Source: the human T2T-CHM13v2.0 reference genome, Homo sapiens | Direction: 5' to 3' (one strand) | Length of the DNA stretch: 64,000 bases | Assembly: GCF_009914755.1 (NCBI RefSeq) | Contig: NC_060925.1 | Shown here: one piece after another, positions 28,780-40,268 of the stretch | How positions within the stretch are numbered: the stretch's first letter is position 1 | Layout of the letters: each line of letters opens with the position of its first letter | Program-made: the position numbers and the translations under genes | The notes under the pieces: model-generated | Database searches by the model: none | Seen by the model: the letters and a program-made list of their open reading frames with translations, nothing else | What the model was told of the DNA's origin: nothing

Positions 28780-28790
28780 CACACATACAT
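28449..28790 (+). mobile_element. AluJ with a (CA)n-converted tail
   Basis: Dimer at 28449-28733, then CA repeat. Confidence 0.9.
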
Positions 28791-29921
28791 CTTATTTCTT
28801 CCATGGGTGGGTGTCCGCTGAGTTCAGTTCACTTTTCCTTTCTTCTTTAACAGGACAGCACTGAGTTTAATGCCTCACAATTGCTGTGCTCTCCCTCCCC
28901 CAGTGCCCAGAGACACTCCCCGTACCTTGCCACCACTGTTGGGGTGTAGCAGGGATGGTGCCAGCGATTTAAGGCTGTTTGTTCTATCTCTTCACTGCCT
29001 CGTTCAGTGATACAAAGCTGAAATCAGTTACTATGAGGGCTCATCTGATTTTTAGTTCTTATGAAGGTGTTTTATTTGGGTAGATAATTGTTGAATTGGT
29101 GTCCTTGCAGGGGGATGATGGGTAGAGTCTTCTGCCTTCTTGCTTTGCCTCCAGCCTCTATACTGTCTTCTTAAGACACCTTTATTTGCTACCCTTGTTA
29201 TTTTACTTATTTTCTCTGTATTATAATTGCTTTTTTTCCTTTCCTATCTCTTTTATTACTCTGTAAATTCCTAGAGGGCAGAAACTAACTTCTGCACTAA
29301 ACCACATTGCCTCATCATTTAGAAAAAAGTGATCATCTTGTCATAAGCAAGTATGATCACTGAAAATAAAGTAAAATGCAAAAGTGGTTAGAGTATAGAC
29401 TTTTAAAAAGGAAACTGACATTTGAAGAAGGAGTCAATGCAAATAATAAAGAAATTTAATCAAATCATATAAGATGCTACTCTTGAATTTTGACTTAGGT
29501 TTAAGTAATTAAAGGAGTTTGAGAGAATTTGAAATAAAGCAAGGAATATTTATTATTTATTCCTTGCCTAGTATGTGGCAGACATTGTGATGAGTGGCTG
29601 GTATGTAATCCCTGTACTCAGGGTTTACATTTTTCAGAGAACAGATTAACTAAATAGTTTGAGAATTTTAAATTAATAATTGCTCTAATTTAATTGATTT
29701 TACATTAAATCTATATGTCAATGCATTATTAAAAATCACTTGATGTAGTACAGGTGCTAAGAAAATTGTTGATCTTCAGTAACAGGAAGTGGCATGAAAA
29801 AAATCTTTGGATTTTTGGTCCTTGTAAAAAGTTATCTTTGCTCCTTGTAGAAAGCTATCCTTATAATTTATCAAGTGTTTACACTTTTGTTTATTGTCTA
29901 ATAATTCTTCCTATTTATCAG

Positions 29922-30080
29922 TTAATTGATATAGGAGAGAGTATAGCTATTCCAGATGAATTTACCGAACAAGAAAAGCAGTCTGGAGATTGGTGGAAGC
30001 GTTTGGTGTCAGCAGGAATAGCTAGTGCGGTTGCACGGACATGCACGGCACCTTTAGACCGCTTGAAAGTCATGATGCAG
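29922..30080 (+). pseudogene. SLC25A24P2: SCaMC-1-like exon 5 (159 nt): [53 protein letters not shown]
   Basis: Acceptor cttcctatttatcAG, phase 0 matching exon 4. SLC25 signature Px[DE]xx[KR] = PLDRLK. Donor is a weak GTTTTT. Confidence 0.9.
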
Positions 30081-30201
30081 GTTTTTTGCCAGTTTATAAC
30101 CAGTTTGCAGGTTTTAACCAGTATATAAGCATAGAGTCTTCCTGAAGGTATGACATCCGTCACTATGGACAAATCTGGGGTACAAACAATAGGGAGCCTA
30201 C

Positions 30202-30341
30202 CGAGGAAGCCAAGTGAGGTTTCATCCCATTTGGGATTGGAGTAATCCCTGGCAACATCCTGAGCGGAGCAAACTTTCTGTTCATCCAATGCCAAGAAAG
30301 AGACTTCACGATGCCGGTAAGAGTTGGACTTGTCATGGTGT
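30202..30341 (-). CDS. NBPF5P: NBPF coding exon 7, second Olduvai long exon: HHDKSNSYRHREVSFLALDEQKVCSAQDVARDYSNPKWDETSLGFL; alternative upstream acceptor gives 30202-30413
   Basis: tctcattctAG / GTAGGC; lies in ORF 29918..30472. Confidence 0.85.
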
Positions 30342-31218
30342 CTAGAATGAGACAAAACACATTTCTCTGGCAAGTCCTGCAGGACTCCCTTCTCTTCAGA
30401 ATCCTGCAGCTTTCTGATGAGCCAGGTAGGATAGAACGACAGAAGGTTAGACCAAGACAGATTCAACACCATAGTATCTCAGGTGATTTGATAGGACACA
30501 AAGGGTGTGGTCACAGAAAGCAAAGGGGGGTCTCCTCCAAGAGAGAAAAATCTATCCTTCTAAATGTGGGGTGGAGTGTGACTGTCCTGGAGACAGAGCA
30601 AACATGAGCAGCAGGTGCTCAGTGCACTTGCCACAAACGAGCGGCTGCAGGAGGACCCAGACTCTCCCTGTAAGCTAGCATCAAGCATCATGACTTGCAG
30701 CACTGAGAACTAAGCTGGGACTTCACTTCCTTTACACAAATTGCGTTGACATTACATGCAGCATCCAAGTGAACACAGCTCTTGAGGCATTCCCAACGCA
30801 CAGATCCTGTGTTTTTAAGGTCCCCCTTTTTTTTCAATATTTTGACATAATATGAAATTTTTATTTTTAATTTTCTCGATTGCATTCAAATACTTGCCAA
30901 CATGCTGTCACAAAACATACAGAAAGCATATATGCATCTCACCCTGGATTAGCCACATGGGAGACCACAGGTGAGATCAGGAAATCCCTGAGGTTGGTCA
31001 GTTCACCTGGTTCAAGTGATTGTCGGTTCCTATGCTTGAGAGGGATTAAGAAATTGAAACCTATTCAAGTACCACAATAAAGAAGACAACATTGTTAAAG
31101 GGGCAATTTGCACTTGGATGAATGGATGAGACAGTTCTATTCGTCACTTCCTATTTTCCCTTGATCCGTGGTGTCCAGATGTCACTATTGAACTAACAGC
31201 CCACAAATCCACAGTTAC

Positions 31219-31270
31219 CTGGGGGGCACTGGCGCTTTCCCCTCCTCCTCCTCATGGTCATTTTGATTTT
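31219..31270 (-). CDS. NBPF5P: NBPF coding exon 6, 52-nt Olduvai short exon: ENQNDHEEEEGKAPVPPR
   Basis: ttgtttacAG / GTAACT; typical 52-nt DUF1220 short exon. Confidence 0.9.
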
Positions 31271-32157
31271 CTGTAAACAAATTCAGAAGAGCAGGTCACA
31301 GTAAGGAAATCACACAAGAGCAAATAAGTGTCCAGTCATAGCACAAGAACATAAATATCCTCAGTGTAAGAATGTGACATTTTGACAGGATCATTCTGAC
31401 TTATTTTCAGAAGTAGATGTGCCTGCTTTCCAGACCCATAGGACAAAATCTCCCTCATCTGGTAGATCATAATCACCTATCCTCTGACCTAAGTCTGTGC
31501 AAACAATTAAACAAAACTTTTTCCCCAAGATTTTCAAAAATTGCCCTAACCACTCTCCAGAAGTGTTGTTGCAATACTGATTTATCTCATCATATATCAT
31601 GGTCAACGAATGGTTAGAGAAATTTGTATAGGAGACTGAACTGATGGATAAATTCTAACAATCCTTGCATAAAAAAGAGTCTGCGGTGCTACACAGAAAC
31701 ATTGACCGCTCATGGGGTGAAGAACTCAGGGCCCAGCCTCGTTTAGGGAAACTTATAAGCAAGATAAAGGTAGAAGTGTTTATGTCCTGCTTTCAAGGTG
31801 ACTGCTTAGCTGGGACAAGCTGACCTAAAGGAGACCAAGCCTGGGGCCGAGAACAGTGAATCCAGAGACACATCTCCAATTACATAGGCAAGACTGTCAG
31901 TCGCCTGTGACAGGCATAGAAACTCCATGGACATTGTTCAGGGACACAAATCATTATTGCATGTGACAAGAGACATAGGAACCGAGCCAGGAGGCCTGAC
32001 AGATACCTCCTGTACACAGGTGGCTATGACTTTGTCACACCTGCCTGTGGTCCAGTATGCTAATATTGGGGCCAGGAAGACAAAGTCCATGCCATGGGCC
32101 TAGGAGGAGAGGAATGTTCTCTGACCCTCACATAACTGTGTTTAATATTCTATCATA

Positions 32158-32571
32158 GTTTCTCTCTTTCTTTCTTTCTTTTCTTTTCCTTCTCTCCCTT
32201 TCTTTCTTTTTCTTTCTTTCTTTCTTTTTCTTTCTTTCCTCTCTTTCTCTCTCTCTCTCTCCTCTCTCTCTCTCTGTTTCTTTCTTTTTCTTTTTTTGAG
32301 ACACAGCCTCACTCTGTCACTCAGGCTGGAGTGCAATTGTGGCTCACTGCAGCCTTTACTTCCTGGGCTCAGGTGATTCTCCCGCCTCTGCTGCCTGGGT
32401 AGTTGGGATGACAGGCACGCACCACCATGCCTGGCTAGTTTTTCATGTTTTTTGTAAAGACGGGTTTCATCACATTTCCCAAGCTGGTCTTGAACTCCTG
32501 AACTCAAGTGATTCACCCGCCTGGGCCTCCCAAAGTGCTGGGATTATAGGTGGGAGCCACCGCCCCCGGCT
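32158..32571 (-). mobile_element. AluJ with expanded (TTTC/TC)n tail, in an NBPF intron
   Basis: Alu body 32298-32571; pyrimidine microsatellite 32158-32297. Confidence 0.9.
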
Positions 32572-32679
32572 CCACTATACTTTGTGATTCAAACCAATAT
32601 GTATGTATACAGTCTGTCCTCAGAATTGATCTTCCTCAGCCTAGACAGAGCTAGGAGGGACAAAGAATAGAGAGGCTAC

Positions 32680-32891
32680 CTGGGGGAATGTTTAGAGCTT
32701 CCTCCTCTTCATCATGAGGGTGTTCACTCTCTACAACCAGAGCAGAGTCGACTTCGTGTTCCTTAAATGTGATTTTGGTGCTCCTGTGAGGCTGGTTGGA
32801 GTTAGAAGGGTTGTGACTATTTGAACAAGTGACAGCACATTCCTCCAGTGAGTCCTGAGGGACTTCCTTTTCTTCAGTCTTCTGCACCTCT
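32680..32891 (-). CDS. NBPF5P: NBPF coding exon 5, long Olduvai exon (CON1-type): [25 protein letters not shown]...EALNIPP
   Basis: gctcatcAG / GTAGCC; 212 nt; DUF1220 motif [10 protein letters not shown]. Confidence 0.92.
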
Positions 32892-33759
32892 CTGATGAGC
32901 CCAGTGGGATAGAGATGACAGAAGATTAATCCAAAAGGCATTGCACCCCAAGAAGTCCTAGGTGGTTTTGAAAGGAGGCTTAAGAGAGTGGTCCCAGAAT
33001 GCAAAGGAGAGGTTCCTTTTAAGAGGGAACAGGCAATCCTTTTCTGTCTGCAACAGAGCGTGGCTGCCATGGGAACCAGAGAGGAAGACAGCAGCTAGTG
33101 ATCATTGCACTGGGCAGATAGGAGCTGAGGAGGAGGAAGACTCAGCTGTCCCTGTATGGTACAGTCTTGACAGCACACACAGAGAACCAAAAACAGCTGC
33201 CACATGGTGTGTCTAAGCTGGGTTGTAGTTAACATACTGTGGCCATGGCTATACAGGCATTTGAGCCATTGTAGACTTCAGAGATGGTGTGCCTTCTAGT
33301 TTTTTTAAAATTTTAATATTGTGACATGAAATGTAAATTTTTTTGTCTAGGTACTGTACTTTGTGTTCAACTTTGCTAGGTGCTTCCTATTTCCTCTGCT
33401 TGTTGCCTCTCTGCTATTTATCTTTCCTAAAAAGAACCTAAAGACAACAGTGTAGAAAGCAGCTTTACATCTCATCCTGGCTTTCACTACAGGGGAGAAC
33501 AGGTCTCCTCTGTGTGTGCAGGAAGTCCCTAGGGATGGTGAGTTCATCTAGGGTCATGCTTACAGGCACCAGGAAGACAATGGACAAGCACGTTAATGGG
33601 GCTATTTCCTTGTTGGGTGAGCACATGAAATCAGTGCACTCTGCAGCTTTCTTTATCCTGCCTCTGGAATCTGTGACTACCTTCACCTCCCTTTTATTCT
33701 TTCTGAGACCTTTTTCATATTTTACCACCCATTACCCGCTCCTGATTATTCAATGTTAC

Positions 33760-33838
33760 CTGGGGGCAGGTGATTCCTGTACTTTCTCAACCTCCTCGTC
33801 TTTGTCGTCTTCATCCTCATCTTCATCTTCATCATTTT
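33760..33838 (-). CDS. NBPF5P: NBPF coding exon 4, short acidic Olduvai exon: ENDEDEDEDEDDKDEEVEKVQESPAPR
   Basis: tttgcAG / GTAACA; 79 nt. Confidence 0.9.
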
Positions 33839-34881
33839 CTGCAAATACAGATGTGTCCATTGAAATATTTCCCATTTCACCCACTGCAAGCACAGTGAGC
33901 CCTATGTGCACAGGGACATAAACATCTACATGTATAAGTCCACACTGTGCTGAAAGCTCTCATGTTTTATCTCTAAAAAAATGCCCTGGCATGTTTTCCT
34001 GATCCATGAGGCAATGTGTTTCTGATCTGGAGGGTCACCATCAAGATGTGGCCAAATATTGAAAAGACCTTTTCCTCTTCATATCACTGGAGGCTTGCCC
34101 AGCCTCTCTCTGAACTTCAGCAGCTGTCTCCCCAATCCTGCCACAGATCTGATTCCCACGCACAGGCTCTGTATCCTGTCACAGTTCGCATTTAGAACCT
34201 ATATCTTTCTCTTCGAACAGGACAAACAACCTTGTCCCACAGTATTCCATACATTAGGGACTTCATGGGCCCTCCAAGTGGCTTCCACTGTGTTAACCGG
34301 GGACAATCTCTCCATGGGGAGTGCTCCAGTCTAAACCACTTCCTACCACCAAATGCCACCACATCAAGTGCCTTCTCCAACACCACACAGCAAGGGGCTT
34401 TATCTCATTGTGAAATATAGTCATAAGTGTTCCCACATTTGAATGCAAGAGACAATTTGTTTGCTTTTGCAGATTTAGAGACAGAAACCCAGGAAGGATA
34501 AATTAATCAGTTGCCCACAGTTGCTAAAGACATTGCTGAAGATAGATCCTGGGAACATTCATTCTTAGTCCAGGGCTCCTTTCACTCTAAAAGCTGCTTC
34601 CTGTCACAGCCTCCTTCCTGTTCTTTAAAACTGGACGGATGTTGCCTCTTGCTCTAAAGACCACATTCCATCAAGAAAGGAGGATACATTTGCCATTCTG
34701 TAACCTCCACCCCATGGGTTTCCCATCTCTGCTCCCACCCAAGAAATTCTGATCATGTCGTGGCCACAAAAGTTTACTGGAAAGAAACACTACCCATACA
34801 ATTGTCATTGTGGAGGTGTGGAGGTCTGGGGACTTTCATAAGCCTGAAGCTGTGTGTCATCAGGGCCCATGGCCACCTTAC

Positions 34882-35096
34882 CTGGGCTCAGCTTGTGAAC
34901 AAGGTGCTCTGCCAGCCTGTGCCCCTCAGCCAGCTGCTCTCGGAGGTCCTGACCCTGGGACTTGTCAGGGTCATCAGGAGTGAGGAGGGTTTTCAGATGC
35001 TTGTTCAGCCAGCGGGAGGCATCTCTCCCTTCCCGTAACTTCTCCCGTAACTGGGTCAGCTCTTTTGCCTGAGAGTGAACCAGGGCTTTATACTGC
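34882..35096 (-). CDS. NBPF5P: NBPF coding exon 3: [30 protein letters not shown]...HLVHKLSP
   Basis: caccttAG / GTAAGG; 215 nt; typical NBPF coiled-coil exon. Confidence 0.9.
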
Positions 35097-35253
35097 CTAA
35101 GGTGAGATAGTAGAGAACATTTAATAATGGAAAGGGATGAGTGATCAGTTCTAATACCGCAACAGAGGTTTCTCTGAGAATGTCCTCAAGGAGACCTCCA
35201 AGCAGAAGGTCAGAACATGTTTGGGGAAATGTCTGTGGCCAAGAGAAAGAAGA

Positions 35254-35308
<55 letters not shown>

Positions 35309-35357
35309 TATATACAAACATACACACACATATATATACAAACACACACACACACAG
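35254..35357. repeat. Compound (TA)n(CA)n microsatellite
   Basis: Directly visible. Confidence 0.95.
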
Positions 35358-36015
35358 CCTTCTGATATATGAGAGAGTGCTTCTGTAATATCCTCGCAGA
35401 TGTTCCATTCATCTTTTTCTTCTGTAAACAAAAGTTAGTGTCTTCCTAAATCAGTTCCACAAGGATGTCCTTTCAGTTCCTCACTTTGGCCATGGGCATC
35501 TCTATGTGAAAATTCACATAGTGCATCTTGCAGTGACTAGATACAAATCCATGCACAGAAATGTGGCCAGGTGCAGATGGGGTGAATTGGAAAGATGAAA
35601 GAAGAAAAGAATGACAGTGTTAAGAAGGCAATATTGATTGAACAAATGAAACGCCACAGTCAGTCAAGAGGTGATTCTGACGAAGAGTAAAGGTGGTGGT
35701 GATCGCACACCATTCTGAGTATCCTAAATGCTTCTGAGTGGTTCACTTTTTTTGGTTTATTTTGTGTTATGCAAATTTTACCTCAACAATCAGTGGTTTT
35801 AAGAAGAGAAAACAAGGCTTAAGAAACAACTACAACCCATAACTTACTAAGATGACTGTTCTCTGTTTTATAAATATTTGTGTGACACGTGCCTGCCATG
35901 TAAATGCCTGCCGTTGTCCTGGCCCAGCTCAGCTCTTAGTTCTCCCAGCTGAGTTGCTGCACTTCAGAGATTCACACCCCTGCCCATCTGCCTGCCCCCA
36001 GTGGGGCCCGCTCAC

Positions 36016-36115
36016 CTGAGCTCCTCAGCTTGCCTGAGCTTCTCTGCCAGCTTCTCCATGGACTGCAGTTCATCCCTCAGCACAGAGTCTATGATGTCTT
36101 TGTACTCTTCACACT
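36016..36115 (-). CDS. NBPF5P: NBPF coding exon 2: (K)CEEYKDIIDSVLRDELQSMEKLAEKLRQAEEL(R)
   Basis: cttttctcAG / GTGAGC; 100 nt; phase 1 to 2. Confidence 0.9.
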
Positions 36116-36689
36116 CTGAGAAAAGACAGACACGCCTGCCTCAGTGGAAGGTGGGACATGCTGCTGGGGTCACTGTCTATAGGGCAGGCGGCAGCATCCA
36201 TCCCAAGGACGAAAGCAGCTCCAGTACCAGGCTCCAGGCAGGCATTTCCACATCTTTATTTATCAACCTCCCAACTTTCTGGCATCTGATACTCCCCAAC
36301 TCAGGGATGGGGAGAAAGAAACACAAGGGCACATCAAGTAACTTGACAAGATGATTCACCTGGAAGAAGGCGGAGTCAGAATTCACAGCCCCTGAGGTCT
36401 GACTCTGAATCCTGGGCCACTTTCCCAAGCCTTGCGGCCTCTCCTGTAAAACACTGCACTGGTGCATGAAGTAGTGATTTTCTATACAGTCAGGAAGGCC
36501 CTAGGACTATGGGACCCAAAGTTTCCCTTGTACTGGGAATTTCAAGTGCGAATATGTCAAACATTTAAAAAATCATATCTGGATATAATTGCATAAAATA
36601 TGAGGCACAAGACCGTGAGGCTATAGTAGAAATATGCCCAAATACTACTAAAGTTTGAATTAAGTTAGAAATAGTAGAATGAAGAACTA

Positions 36690-36845
36690 ATAGATAGTGT
36701 TTACTCTGTTCCAAGAACTGTTCTAGGAAATTTACAAGAAATAGGTCATGTAATTCATTGCAGTAATTTACAGAGGTAGGTATTATTATAGTCCTCAATG
36801 AGCAGATGAGGAAACTGAGGCACAGAGAAGATAGGCAACTTGGAT
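36690..36845 (-). mobile_element. MIR
   Basis: gaggtaggtattattat...cagatgaggaaactgaggcacagaga core. Confidence 0.75.
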
Positions 36846-37525
36846 GGAGCCCAGGAGACTGGCCCAGGGTCCCTGCTCTGCACACTACACTGCTACCTCT
36901 ACAATGTCTCATGTGCCATCTTTCTTCCTCTTCAGGAATAAGAGCCTGTGCCCCAGGAAGCAGCACTTCCCTCTCACTGGGACACTCCCTGCTTTGAAGG
37001 GTGTCACAGATATCACAGTTTCTGTTAGGGGCAGTCTCCTCTTTAAGCTCCTTAGAGTGGGTACTCTGTACAGTTGCCATGTTTCCCCCAGGGTCCTCTG
37101 GATGGAGCTTTGCCTATTGGGCCTCAAAGAAGCTTGAACTGAATGGAAGTTCATTAGTCCCAGACATTTAGACCAACAGACTAGATGTTACTTGTCTGTA
37201 GAATCTTATATGGTACAGAGAGGATTCTCATAAACATGATTTAGCCTCTTACTGAGGAAAACAGGTGGTTCTGTGCCTGTGTCAGAAGACAATAAGTAGG
37301 ATTTTAAGTCTAGTCCCACCTCACACCAGACTGCCAATGTGGAAAAGTTGCTAAATACTTTGTGCCTCTGTTTTCCATGTTTAACAAAATGAGGTTAAAA
37401 CATCCACTTCTATTTTCCTAGAAGTATGGGAAGGATGAAATTAATTTCGATGAAAAGACCGTTCAGTTTCTCAGAACACAGGTGATCATTCATCACATTC
37501 ATCATTGTGAATCTATAGAACTTAC

Positions 37526-37703
37526 TGTATTTCTTCAGCTGGTTGGCCAGGGAGTAGGCAGTAGCTTGAGTTATAAGGAATTTCTCTTTGAGGTCTCGGA
37601 ACTGCTGATTGCTCTCTGCCAGCTGCGAGCGCAATTCCTGGTTGATTTCTAGGATGTTCATCTCTGCCCTCTCGCTGGACAAAGGGTCGGCAGATACCAC
37701 CAT
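37526..37703 (-). CDS. NBPF5P: NBPF coding exon 1, coiled-coil region (exon starts at 37738, ATG at 37703): [10 protein letters not shown]...ANQLKKY
   Basis: Acceptor ttcttctccccAG at 37740-37739, start context agcATGg, donor GTAAGT. Confidence 0.9.
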
Positions 37704-37840
37704 GCTGACGTTTGTGGCAGAAGAGGTAGAGCCAGGGACTGGGGAGAAGAAACCCAGACACATGATGGGTCAAAAACTAGTGAAATCAATTAGGTTTAAT
37801 CAGGACTGAGAGATGACAATTACTGGAATTGTTAACTTAC

Positions 37841-37996
37841 GGTTGAGAAAAAGTTGATGAACACGACACAACACTTTAGAGTCCTTAACCGCAAAAACAG
37901 GGACCGGGATGCCTGAGCTCAGAGCTGAAGGCACTGCCTGTAGCTCCGACTCTGACAAGAGTGAGGGAGGTAGCAGCCAGCGTACCAGGTAACGGT
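37841..37996 (-). other. NBPF5P: NBPF 5'UTR exon (156 nt)
   Basis: Acceptor ttattgcaactgcAG|accgttacc and donor ctcaacc|GTAAGT. Resembles the UTR exon that precedes the ATG exon in NBPF mRNAs as I recall them. Confidence 0.7.
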
Positions 37997-38842
37997 CTGC
38001 AGTTGCAATAACAGAATTAGAAGGTGGGGGTGTCATGGAATCTTAGAAACCCTGCATTCCAATTGCCCAGGCTGTGCTGAAACACTAGGCCCCCTGGTCT
38101 CACCTGAGGGTCACTGATGGGGACCATTTCTTCAGCAGTCACTCTCAGTATTTGTGCACCCTTGTGACAATGCTACAGGCCCACCTCTTTCTCAATACAT
38201 ATAAGCATATTCCTCATTGTTCATCTCTTGTGTGTATAAAATCATCAAGGTAGGGATAGTTTTCCAGAAGGTTATATTTTCTTAGTGGTAGTCATCAAGT
38301 CACCTCACCTTCTTTTTAAGGTAAAATGATCTTAATGCTTTTCCACAAGTGAAAGATAGCAAACTTTTAGTCTGCTATGATATCCCTCTGGGTCTTCTGC
38401 AGTTTTTTCTGTATCGACTGAAAATGAAGGAATAATTCACTTTTAAAAAAGATTTTCTACCCTGTCTCAGTATTCTTGCTGCATCCCATTGTTATGTTGA
38501 TTTCTTTTCTCTTACTGGGGCAGCATCTTGGCTTTTCATTACACTTAAGACCAGTTTCACATCCCTACGTCCAAAGCTCTTCCTCTATGTGTGGGTCGGT
38601 TTGCTTTTTTAATGTCACTGAACACTCGTTTCATACTTGTCACTTACGAATATCATTCTCGTCCCAAAATAGCTCTTTTCAAGGTATCAAGTGATCAAAA
38701 TCATTTGTATATATCCCCTGAAAACATGTGTGACCATCTATCTTGGGAAGTCTTGTAAACCTGATGGTATTTTGTTGTTTTTAGTTTTCCCATATATTGA
38801 AAAGAACAGGGCATTGAACGCTTCTCAGGGAATATTGTTGGA

Positions 38843-38843
38843 G

Positions 38844-38888
<45 letters not shown>

Positions 38889-38933
38889 TATATATATATA
38901 TATACATGTGTATATATATATATATATATATAT
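38843..38933. repeat. (TA)n microsatellite
   Basis: Directly visible. Confidence 0.95.
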
Positions 38934-39198
38934 AGTTGCTCTAACACTGTTGATGTGTGGTTGCATTCCACTAACCGAACCTGGCAAGATCAAGCTCATG
39001 GTCACGGGTGGTTGGTGATCCTCAGTGTTCCTGTGCAGTAGAAGGTGAGTTTGAGATGAGAGGGATGAGTAGGGGAGTGTGCTCCCCCAAACCGCCTCCT
39101 CACTTTCTCAGCTTCCATCTTCAACTAGGTCTTGTGAGGCTAGGACTTGGGAGATTGTCCTGTAGCCCAGGTCTCCTAAGTGTGGCTGCTGGACTTGC

Positions 39199-40268
39199 CT
39201 GAGTTGAGGGTGTGATGAGTGTGACCACGGGCTACGCAGCATTCATGTGGAAGTGAAGGAGGAGGACTGGATCAATCCCAGTGGAAAGCGCACCTCTCAG
39301 CAGCCCGCACCATCCTCCACCTACACTGTGTAGTGACAGTGCTTTGAGATGTAGCAAAGGCTATAAATTTATCTATTCTCTGGTGTCTCAAAGACCTGAC
39401 ATTCTGTGTCAGAATGAAAATCTGTCTAGTTTCTTCACTTTAAAAATGATAAAACTGCAGGTTCACAAAGTTACTGGTTTACTTGAGGTCACACAGGGAT
39501 GCATTTTGAGCACTGCCAATAAAAGGAATCACAATAATTATTCAGTAATTATTTATAGAATCCATGTAATTCAATAAATAAACATAATTATTTATTGACC
39601 AATTCATACTAGGCATTTTGTTCAAAACTGTACACATACTTGGATATCATATTTTCATCATAATCCTTAAGGCAATGTTATTATCCATAAGAAACAGGTA
39701 AGAAACCTGAAGAAGAGGGATAGCAAATCATGTATTTGGCTATATTTCTATTTTTTGGTTTCTGTGATGCTGGAAGAATGACCAGAATGAGTCATGGGAA
39801 TAGCATTCATTCCTGTGTCATTTTCCAGGACAGAGGTGTGCCCTCCTTCAGCATTGGGACCGAAATTCAGAAGTGCCTGCAATCTTGCTTTAACAGTGTG
39901 GGAAATAACCTCTATTACCTGGAATTTCACTGGAACTTTGGAATATACAAGAGAAATATGAGACTTGGGTCTTCCCTTGGCTGTATTTAATGCACTATTC
40001 TATTGAGTACCAATGATTCTCATTAAGACTTTTGCCTTTTTATAACTTTTCTTTCTGACACAGAATGTCAGGTCTCTGAGACACCAGAGAATAGATAAAT
40101 TTATAGCCTTTGCTACATCTCAAAGCACTGTCATTACACAGTGTAGGTGGAGGATGGTGCGGGCTGCTGAGAAGCACGCTTTCCGCTGGGATTGATCCAG
40201 TCCTCTTCCTTCACTTCCACATGAATGCTGGGTAGTCCATGGTCACACTCATCACACCCTGAACTCAG
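39199..40268. repeat. Inverted repeat: arms 39199-39414 and 40053-40268 (216 bp each), 638-bp spacer
   Basis: Manual alignment gives 11 substitutions and no indels (about 95% identity). Confidence 0.95.

Larger units (their letters stand above)
25072..29155 (-). mobile_element. L1MA/L1PB-type 5' half (5'UTR, ORF1, start of endonuclease)
   Basis: ORF1 remnant IESLFKAIISENFSNIEKDINIHVQEG (26461..26715), EN remnant (25292..25597), L1-like 5' terminus near 29150. Confidence 0.8.
27916..37996 (-). pseudogene. NBPF5P: NBPF4/6-type Olduvai (DUF1220) gene, 3'-truncated, with an L1-derived last coding exon; spliced ORF 1056 nt = 351 aa + stop
   Basis: Coding exons of 178+100+215+79+212+52+140+80 nt, all GT-AG and phase-consistent. 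Protein [27 protein letters not shown]...SLGFLDTPLARRESVALKGRTRSWQHSSHAN* matches my recollection of NBPF5P. Confidence 0.85.

Noticed and set aside
35056-35431. ORFs and a possible extra exon in an NBPF intron
   Set aside because: They run through a microsatellite, and the flanking exons already join in phase.
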